This document shows, piece after piece, positions 7,772 to 13,094 of a stretch of 13,094 nucleotides of DNA. Numbering within the stretch: position 1 is the stretch's first letter; each line of letters begins with the position of its first letter. The stretch comes from a virus (taxonomy: Duplodnaviria > Heunggongvirae > Uroviricota > Caudoviricetes). The notes under the pieces are model-generated. The model saw only the letters and a program-made list of their open reading frames with translations. It made no database searches and was not told the DNA's origin. The position numbers and the translations under genes were made by a program. The stretch lies in the IMG/VR virus record IMGVR_UViG_2602041549_000009. One strand, 5' to 3'.

Positions 7772-7800
7772 CCCCACTGCACCTTTTGCAGTGGGGTTTT
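7772..7800. other. GC-rich hairpin between the 101-aa gene and the primase start (bidirectional terminator or attenuator candidate)
   Basis: CCCCACTGCA (7772-7781) pairs with TGCAGTGGGG (7787-7796) around a 5-nt loop. On the plus strand it is followed by TTTT (7797-7800); on the minus strand it is followed by GGAG-TTTT and then the primase ATG. Confidence 0.45.
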
Positions 7801-7801
7801 A

Positions 7802-8107
7802 TTAATTACTCGTTACTTCTTGTTTCTTGGTAATCCCTGCGGCTTCAGCTTTGTGCCATGAAAAAATACCGCCAGAAAGATGCATACCAGATTTTATTGT
7901 TTCTAATTCCCGATAAATAATATTAAACAGAGATACAATTGCTTTGTTTGTGATTTCTGAAGATGCTCCGCAATCCCTCTCACCAAACATGATGGATATA
8001 AGATCGATGAGGTTAATTACATCTGCGAGATCTTCTTTTGCACTCTCTGTAAAAAATCCAATGTATTCTTTATCTAAAATATCCGCGTAATTCTGATTTT
8101 CAGACAT
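7802..8107 (-). CDS. Hypothetical 101-aa protein, AT-rich compositional outlier
   Basis: ORF with SD GGGGGAG 5 nt before the ATG at 8107. The gene is visibly more AT-rich than its neighbours. No recognisable motif. Confidence 0.6.
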   Translation of the reverse strand: MSENQNYADILDKEYIGFFTESAKEDLADVINLIDLISIMFGERDCGASSEITNKAIVSLFNIIYRELETIKSGMHLSGGIFSWHKAEAAGITKKQEVTSN

Positions 8108-8175
8108 AAAAACTCCCCCGACCCGTTAAGGTCGAAATATAAATTTAATTCAGTTATCAGTGGATAATTCGGGAA

Positions 8176-8394
8176 TCAGGCGGAAAGCTGCGTCACCTTC
8201 AACGCTCTGAAATGTGTCATTCCCAGCTCTTCCAGCCCTTCGGCTGCGCGGCGTATGGCTTCGCCCGGTCCCGTTCCGTATACCGTTGCATGTGCATGTT
8301 TGGTTAACCCGCGCTTATTAACGGCATAACCCAACACAAAGAAACGTTTTTCACCACTGCCATTATTTTTACGGGATGCTGAACGGGTTTTCAT
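8176..8394 (-). CDS. Hypothetical small protein, 72 aa (early-region small protein)
   Basis: Its ATG overlaps the upstream stop as ATGA at 8391-8394. Glycine-rich basic protein MKTRSASRKNNGSGEKRFFVLGYAVNKRG...; may belong to the small Icd-like/Ash-like families seen in P4-like prophages, but I cannot confirm. Confidence 0.55.
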   Translation of the reverse strand: MKTRSASRKNNGSGEKRFFVLGYAVNKRGLTKHAHATVYGTGPGEAIRRAAEGLEELGMTHFRALKVTQLSA

Positions 8395-8579
8395 TTCTTC
8401 ACCTTTACCACTGATGCTGTGAGCTCTTCTTCTGGCAATTGATATTTCGGCGCAATTTCTTCCGTATACCTGATAGCGTCCCTTGCCGCTTTTCCTTTTG
8501 ATTTATATTTACGTATCGTGTGGAAGTTTTCTTCCTCTCCTGTTACCACATTACGCAATTTAATATGAATCTCGTACAT
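8391..8579 (-). CDS. Hypothetical small protein, 62 aa
   Basis: Strong SD GGAGG 7 nt before the internal ATG at 8579 (MYEIHIKLRN...). The ORF track's 8609 start lacks an RBS and overlaps the upstream gene. Confidence 0.55.
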   Translation of the reverse strand: MYEIHIKLRNVVTGEEENFHTIRKYKSKGKAARDAIRYTEEIAPKYQLPEEELTASVVKVKK

Positions 8580-8581
8580 CG

Positions 8582-8764
8582 TTACCCCTCCATGATTTTT
8601 ACTGCGCATTTGTGGGTTAATCGCCCCTGTTTGTCATTGCGGGAATATGCCATACGACAGGCATCACGCCATGCATCGTCATAAGTCGGGTATTCCCGGG
8701 CATGAATCATCTGGCGAACGTCGCCGTTCTGGCAGTTAATCAGGGTGATAAGGAGCTTAAACAT
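8582..8764 (-). CDS. Hypothetical small protein, 60 aa
   Basis: SD GGGAGG 6 nt before the ATG at 8764 (MFKLLITLINCQNGD...). Overlaps the upstream gene's end by 8 nt; its stop at 8582-8584 abuts the next start at 8579. Confidence 0.5.
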   Translation of the reverse strand: MFKLLITLINCQNGDVRQMIHAREYPTYDDAWRDACRMAYSRNDKQGRLTHKCAVKIMEG

Positions 8765-8930
8765 GGCACGCCTCCCGGACACGGATACGGGCGACAAAGA
8801 CCAGGCGGGATGCAGGAAGCAGGGCGCGCGCTTCGCGCTCACTGGCAGCGGTAACGGTATGAAGGCGGATATTTTTACCGTGGCACTGCATAAAGCGCCA
8901 GATAAAATCAGGGCGTGTTGATATAGCCAT
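8757..8930 (-). CDS. Hypothetical small protein, 57 aa
   Basis: SD GGGAG 8 nt before the ATG at 8930 (MAISTRPDFIWRFMQCHGKNIRLH...). The longer 175-aa version in the ORF track has a low-complexity hydrophobic N-terminal extension with no RBS. Confidence 0.5.
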   Translation of the reverse strand: MAISTRPDFIWRFMQCHGKNIRLHTVTAASEREARALLPASRLVFVARIRVREACHV

Positions 8931-8949
8931 ATGAAAGGCTCCCAATTCA

Positions 8950-8980
8950 AGTTTAAGAAGCCTCACTACAACGCTGTCAA
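8950..8980 (-). promoter_or_regulatory. Candidate sigma70 promoter for the small-gene operon
   Basis: On the minus strand: perfect -35 TTGACA (plus 8975-8980), 18-19 bp spacer, -10-like TTAAAC/TAAACT (plus 8950-8956), about 20 nt upstream of the SD for the 8930 start. Confidence 0.35.
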
Positions 8981-9252
8981 ACGTGGTGGCGAGACGTAAC
9001 AGGGTTGACAGACTGGCAAATTGGGAAACCAGCGAGCATAAAGCTCCCCCATTACGCCCCGCCATAATACGGGAAAGGGTGGTATTACGGGCACAAAAAA
9101 ACCGCATTACGGAATACAAGCGGCTACCCGCCAATTTATTCAGGCTGTCAAACCCGGCACCTGTTTTATGAGGTGCGGGCAAACGATACGCCATGACAAA
9201 AAAGCGAGTCAAGCAATATTGCAAATTATTTTGGCGCGATTGCGCTGAGTGA

Positions 9253-9281
9253 TTGATTTTTAAGAGTAAAAAAGCCATAAT
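9253..9281 (+). promoter_or_regulatory. Candidate sigma70 promoter on the plus strand
   Basis: -35 TTGATT (9253-9258), exactly 17-bp spacer, -10 CATAAT (9276-9281). Confidence 0.45.
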
Positions 9282-9287
9282 CATTTC

Positions 9288-9378
9288 TGCCTATTATTTC
9301 TTATTGTTGGTTTCAGGTGCACTAAATGCACATCCTTGACTGGTTGGCTCGCTAGCTTTAGCGAGCTTCTTTTTTTTG
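9288..9378 (+). ncRNA. Candidate ~90-nt small RNA (promoter-to-terminator unit), antisense to the minus-strand early transcript
   Basis: Bounded by the plus promoter at 9253-9281 and the plus terminator at 9347-9378. Contains an internal hairpin GTGCA-ctaaa-TGCAC (9317-9331). No ATG-initiated ORF with an RBS in the interval. Confidence 0.35.
9347..9378 (+). terminator. Strong rho-independent terminator, plus strand
   Basis: Perfect 8-bp stem GCTCGCTA / TAGCGAGC (9347-9354, 9359-9366) with loop GCTT, followed by TTCTTTTTTTT (9367-9377). The minus-strand reading has no T-tract after the stem, so it is plus-specific. Confidence 0.7.
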
Positions 9379-9560
9379 CTCTGCTGCCAGTACCCAGCCT
9401 CCTTCCCTCACATGTAGTAATGTGCCCGCTCCAGTCAGCTGGATAATGCTGTATTCCCGGACATCCGGTTATGATGTTTAAAGCGTTTGTTTGTTTATGC
9501 CACGTGGAGAATATCCCCATGTCGCCATTAATTGTATTTATCATAACAGTTTACCCAATC

Positions 9561-9577
9561 CGGTTAATGTAACCGGA
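9561..9577. promoter_or_regulatory. Perfect 17-bp palindrome CCGGTTA-atg-TAACCGG containing the iteron core
   Basis: Inverted repeat with a 3-bp centre; each half carries the GGTTA/TAACC core of the iterons at 3509-3827. Lies between alpA and the small-gene operon. Confidence 0.45.
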
Positions 9578-9839
9578 ATAACTCAATTTCATACACTGTA
9601 AATAAATGCTGATTTTGAACTTAGCTCCTTGGAATATATTTCTTACGTGTGACGTACAGGTGAAAATATCCCTCTGATAGTCCATTTTCTTTTATTGGGT
9701 CACATCTGTTTACTCCGGTTCCCTTAACAAGGGTAGAGCATCTTTTAAACCATGAATGCATCTTTGGTTAAGTGATGTTTCTTATTGAATGAAATGTTTA
9801 GGCGCATATCGCGCCATGCTGACTATAAAGTGAAAATAA

Positions 9840-10061
9840 TTAAGCCTGAAAACGTTGTTGTTTTCTTTCTTCTATCCAGTCGATAATTTCCTCTTCAACC
9901 CATGCAACCGCACGAGGGCCTATTTTTATTGGTTTGGGGAATATATCAGATTTTATATCTTCGTAAATTCGAGCTCTCGATCTCCCTGTGATTTCAATGA
10001 CTCTGGGGAGTCTTATTAATTTTTGAATCCGCCTTTCGCTGGTCTGTGAGTATGCTGACAT
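9840..10061 (-). CDS. alpA: AlpA-family phage regulatory protein (helix-turn-helix; excisionase/transcription regulator), 73 aa
   Basis: Protein ...IRLPRVIEITGRSRARIYEDIKSDIFPKPIKIGPRAVAWVEEEIIDWI matches the AlpA/HTH_17 pattern (hydrophobic-TG-S/R-R-x-x-IY ... FP-K-P-x-K-x-G-x-R-A-x-x-W). SD AGGAGG 5 nt before the ATG. Confidence 0.85.
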   Translation of the reverse strand: MSAYSQTSERRIQKLIRLPRVIEITGRSRARIYEDIKSDIFPKPIKIGPRAVAWVEEEIIDWIEERKQQRFQA

Positions 10062-10416
10062 ATTGGCCTCCTGTATATGCTGAACACTTTACGTTAGCTC
10101 ACAGTGGGAGCATGTAAGATCTCGCGGTCGTCTGCGGGACGAGAAAAATCATAAACAACGAAAAGCGGATTTGTAAATCTGGTCGATTTTCAGACGGGGT
10201 TGACATGGACAGTTAGATTTGTTCCATGTGTGAAATACACATTTTAGGACCACTTTAATCCGCTTTAAACCGCCTGGAAGCGACAAAGAATAACAAGTTA
10301 GTGCCAGAAAGGTTTGCTGACTTACCCTTTCAGGCACCAGGAAAGCCCGTTCTGGGGGATGTAATGCTTGCGAACGCTGGAATAGTGGTTTCTGAAAACA
10401 AAAAAAGAATTGAAAA

Positions 10417-10432
10417 TGTGATACATATCACA
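10417..10432. promoter_or_regulatory. Consensus CRP-type site TGTGA-N6-TCACA
   Basis: AAAATGTGAtacataTCACAAAAT: perfect TGTGA/TCACA half-sites with a 6-bp spacer and an A/T-rich flank, in the AT-rich integrase-alpA intergenic region. Confidence 0.4.
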
Positions 10433-10589
10433 AAATGATATCGATAAAATAGTTTGATTTTTTTGTTTTTATTAAAAGCACTGGTTAATTGTGAAAAATT
10501 AATTATAAATCAAATGGATATATCTGTTTTTTTAGGGTAAAAATCACTAGGTGCTTTTAGTGAGGTCTTATTCTATTGATTTTAAAAGA

Positions 10590-10624
10590 TAAAAAAATCG
10601 GCGTGTCCACATATTGTCCACGCC
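10590..10624 (-). terminator. Candidate intrinsic terminator after the integrase gene
   Basis: Stem GGCGTG / CACGCC (10600-10605, 10619-10624) with a 13-nt loop; on the minus strand it is followed by a T7 tract (rc of 10590-10599), about 48 nt past the integrase stop. Confidence 0.5.
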
Positions 10625-10671
10625 TTGAGCTTAATTCAGCCGCTTGGGGTAGTTTAGTTTGTTGAGTTGAT

Positions 10672-11934
10672 TCAGTCTGTTTCGTTAGCCCATTTAAAAT
10701 CATAGGGGGCAATATATGCCGTCTTGCAGGTGTCGAGATAATCAGCCCACCATTGCAACATTCGGCGGCGTTCCTGCATATGTTCAGCTCTGTGAATGTA
10801 TGCAGCCCGGACACTGCCTCTTTCCCTGTGACTCATCTGAAGCTCAACGGCTTCTCTTGTCCACCTGCCTGACTCTGTCAGCGCCGAACAGGCCATAGCT
10901 CTGAATCCGTGGCCACAAATATCTTTTTTTGTGTCGTATCCCATGTGGCGTAATGCCTTGTTAATGGTGTTTTCGCTCATTGGTTTTATCTGGTAATGGT
11001 CGCCGGGGAAAATAAACAATTCATCACCGGATATATTTCTTATATCGTCAAGAAGCTGCATGGCCTGAGTGGGCAAAGGGATGGCGTGAGGGGTTCCCAT
11101 TTTCGTTCCACGATATGAATATTTTACGCCTTCTATTTTTTCGCGTTCTGCTGGTATTACCCACATTGATTTATCAAAGTCAATTTCATTCCAACGAGCA
11201 AAACGCAATTCACTTGAGCGAATAAAAATTAATAAATTTAATTTTAGTGCAAATTGCGTTAATAACCGTCCATTCATCTTGTGGTGGTAATCATTTATTT
11301 TGCCAAGTAATTCAGGTAATCGCTCAAGGGGAAGAGCGGGGCGATGTTTGGTTTTATTAGTTTCGATTGCACCGTTCAGTTCCTGCGCTGGATTGTATTT
11401 AATCATTCCATTCTGTACAGCGTAGCGCATAATGGCGTTCATTCGCTGCTTGTTACGTGATGCTGTCTCAAGCACTCCTTTATCTTCCATTTTGCGTAAA
11501 GGAATCAGTAGATCCATGGTTGTGATCTCGTTAATTGGCCTTTTACCAAGAATGGGGAAGATGTGGTTTTCCAGGTCTTTTAAGACTTTTTGCGCGTGTA
11601 ATTCGCTCCAGCCCTTTTTCCGGCTGTGCCATTCTCTGGCAACGTCTTCAAAAAGCACTATTTGAGGTTTTGGTGTGTGCAGTGGGTCAATGCCTTTAGC
11701 CAGGCTCGCCAGATATTCATCACGAGCGTTCCTTGCCTGTGCAAGTGTTACGGCAGGATAAATGCCTAAAGCTCGGGTCGTTTCTTTACCGTTGATAACC
11801 TTGCGAAAGCGCCAGTATTTTGAGCCGTTGGGGTGAACATAGAGATACAGGCCTTTCCCGTCACGAAGTTTTTTAATTTTGTTGTTGTCCTTATCTGGTT
11901 TGGCGTTACGTACAGCTACATCAGTCAGTTTCAT
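10672..11934 (-). CDS. int: P4-type tyrosine integrase (DUF4102-like N-terminal arm-binding domain plus catalytic domain), about 421 aa
   Basis: N-terminus MKLTDVAVRNAKP...GKGLYLYVHPNGSKYWRFR and C-terminus HGFRAMA...RAAYIHRAEHMQERRRMLQWWADYLD are characteristic of P4/CP4-57-type integrases. SD GGAGG 9 nt before the ATG at 11934; the track's 11976 start has no RBS. Confidence 0.85.
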   Translation of the reverse strand: MKLTDVAVRNAKPDKDNNKIKKLRDGKGLYLYVHPNGSKYWRFRKVINGKETTRALGIYPAVTLAQARNARDEYLASLAKGIDPLHTPKPQIVLFEDVAREWHSRKKGWSELHAQKVLKDLENHIFPILGKRPINEITTMDLLIPLRKMEDKGVLETASRNKQRMNAIMRYAVQNGMIKYNPAQELNGAIETNKTKHRPALPLERLPELLGKINDYHHKMNGRLLTQFALKLNLLIFIRSSELRFARWNEIDFDKSMWVIPAEREKIEGVKYSYRGTKMGTPHAIPLPTQAMQLLDDIRNISGDELFIFPGDHYQIKPMSENTINKALRHMGYDTKKDICGHGFRAMACSALTESGRWTREAVELQMSHRERGSVRAAYIHRAEHMQERRRMLQWWADYLDTCKTAYIAPYDFKWANETD

Positions 11935-12200
11935 TATGTTGATCCTCCAGACGGGTACAAATAAAAATCGAACCAAGCGTACCCGTTTTTATACCCATTT
12001 TAATATGGGCTTCAGGCAAATTTAACGAGAGATAACGAGACAATGGAAGAGATTTAACTCATTGAAAAACAATGGGTAATGGTTTTTTCTGAGAGATTGC
12101 GAGAAGTTGCGATGGTGTCCCCTGCAGACATCTACTTGAGGCAGCAGGGGATTGATTGGAATGGTATTTTTTAGATGTGAGAAATATTTTACCCGCTATT

Positions 12201-12401
12201 TTACCCATTGGCGCGGCTTAAGAGCTTATTTTTGAATTCACAATGGTCGCGATATAACCATCTTGCGCGTCCGTGGATAACTTTGGCTTTTGGCAGGTCG
12301 CCGGACTTAATCCGGTCATAGATGAAGGTTTTACCGAAGCCAGTATCGGCCATGATGAATTTCAAATCAACCAGGGAATCAGGCTGTAGTTCGTGTTGCA
12401 T
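12201..12401 (-). CDS. Second AlpA-like helix-turn-helix regulator / excisionase-like protein, 66 aa
   Basis: ...FIMADTGFGKTFIYDRIKSGDLPKAKVIHGRARWL fits the AlpA/HTH_17 pattern less closely than the 9840-10061 gene. SD GGAG upstream of the ATG. Lies directly upstream of the integrase in the same orientation (xis-int-like). Confidence 0.6.
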   Translation of the reverse strand: MQHELQPDSLVDLKFIMADTGFGKTFIYDRIKSGDLPKAKVIHGRARWLYRDHCEFKNKLLSRANG

Positions 12402-12440
12402 GAGTGCTATCTCCGAATAGGGAATCGAACCTGCAAATCA

Positions 12441-12468
12441 GGCAATAAAAAACCGCCATCAGGCGGCT
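12441..12468 (-). terminator. Rho-independent terminator after the 12510-12809 gene
   Basis: Stem CCGCC / GGCGG (12453-12457, 12462-12466) with loop ATCA; on the minus strand it is followed by TTTTTATTG. Confidence 0.55.
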
Positions 12469-12509
12469 TGGTGTTCTTTCAGTTCTTCAATTCGAATATT
12501 GGTTACGTC

Positions 12510-12809
12510 TTATTCGATGCGCACTCCTGGTATTTCGCCTTTTGATATTGCTAAGTCATAAATTTGCGCTGCACTATACCCATCTCGCATCCATGAATCT
12601 AAGGCGCGAACAGCCTCGCTACGCTTTTTATCTTCTCTCTCATTTTTGATATCAACGAGGACATCAACGCAATTAAGGCAAATGTGGATTTTGTCCTTAC
12701 ATTCGATCATGGCGGCTTTGCCATGATTTCCTCCACACAGTGAGCATAAATCTTCAGGGTCTGGCTGGTATTTCTGTAACGTTAGAGGGTTGAATGTTGA
12801 ACAGGCCAT
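12510..12809 (-). CDS. Hypothetical cysteine-rich (possible zinc-ribbon) protein, about 99 aa
   Basis: Cys cluster CSLCGG...C...HICLNC. Start is ambiguous among three in-frame ATGs (12821, 12815, 12809); GGAG precedes the third (MACSTFNPL...). Confidence 0.5.
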   Translation of the reverse strand: MACSTFNPLTLQKYQPDPEDLCSLCGGNHGKAAMIECKDKIHICLNCVDVLVDIKNEREDKKRSEAVRALDSWMRDGYSAAQIYDLAISKGEIPGVRIE

Positions 12810-12850
12810 AATCATCTCCATAAAACAAAACTCGCCGTAGCGAGTTCAGA

Positions 12851-12880
12851 TAAAAGAAATCCCCGCGAGTGCGAGGATTG
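12851..12880 (-). terminator. Candidate intrinsic terminator after the 12881-13094 gene
   Basis: On the minus-strand RNA: 9-bp stem AAUCCUCGC / GCGGGGAUU (one G-U pair) with loop ACUC, followed by UCUUUUAU. Confidence 0.45.
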
Positions 12881-13094
12881 TTATTCATTGCCGATATTAA
12901 CCTTTATCGCGTACACCTTTACCGGTTTATCACCGAAGTGGGGATGTGTGATTGTCTTTATTTCATATCCGTCATACGGAACATCAATTCTACGGCTGGA
13001 ATCGTCGCGCTTCGGATATCCCTTTGTGATAATCAGGCGGTCATATTCCCGGAACATGGATTTGCCCCTATATTTCCAGACATCTGTTATCACT
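12881..13094 (-). CDS. Hypothetical protein, probably 5'-truncated by the window edge
   Basis: ORF runs to the window edge with no ATG (the track's start is a GTG at the boundary). No recognisable motif. Confidence 0.4.
   Translation of the reverse strand, partial: VITDVWKYRGKSMFREYDRLIITKGYPKRDDSSRRIDVPYDGYEIKTITHPHFGDKPVKVYAIKVNIGNE

Noticed and set aside
8983-9171. 62-aa plus-strand ORF initiating at GTG
   Set aside because: No SD, a GTG start, arginine-rich low-complexity sequence, and it overlaps the minus-strand promoter region; the plus-strand terminator is better explained by the short promoter-terminator unit at 9253-9378.
8757-9284. 175-aa minus-strand ORF as listed in the track
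   Set aside because: The N-terminal 118 residues are low-complexity and hydrophobic with no RBS, while an internal ATG at 8930 has a good SD; called as a 57-aa gene instead, with the upstream part as regulatory DNA.
10149-10814. ORFs 10149-10337 and 10557-10814 (minus) and 10716-10898 (plus)
   Set aside because: They lie in the AT-rich intergenic region or overlap the integrase 3' end and terminator, with no RBS; likely spurious.
11951-11990. Hairpin whose loop contains GGTTCGATT on the reverse strand, considered as a tRNA fragment or attachment core
   Set aside because: No cloverleaf can be drawn and I cannot match it to any tRNA 3' end from memory; kept only as a possible 5'-UTR structure.
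12410-12440. tRNA T-loop-like motif GGTTCGATTCC (reverse strand) that might mark a tRNA 3' end or att core
   Set aside because: The flanking bases cannot form a T-stem or acceptor stem and there is no CCA-proximal structure; the motif overlaps the SD/start region of the 12201-12401 gene, so it is most likely coincidental.

Overview
This window looks like a horizontally acquired P4-type satellite-phage / phage-inducible island segment from an enterobacterial chromosome, with almost every gene on the minus strand in tightly packed operons. Reading right to left in the direction of transcription: an AlpA-like gene, a P4-type tyrosine integrase, a second AlpA-family regulator, four translationally coupled small genes, an AT-rich orphan gene, a large zinc-finger/TOPRIM/P-loop primase-helicase that is translationally coupled to a second, shorter tyrosine recombinase, a 1.2-kb non-coding stretch containing a palindromic iteron field, an Ogr/Delta-type zinc-finger activator, a plus-strand ribbon-helix-helix-like gene, a Psu-like gene, and finally an unrecognisable 423-aa gene coupled to the Psu-like gene. 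That last gene sits where P4-like satellites are known to carry variable anti-phage cargo and is my best candidate for an undescribed system; the iteron field and a small plus-strand promoter-to-terminator unit (candidate sRNA) are the other main leads. No tRNA, rRNA, CRISPR array or IS element was found, and the attachment site was not identified. All family assignments are from motif recognition by eye; no database search was run.
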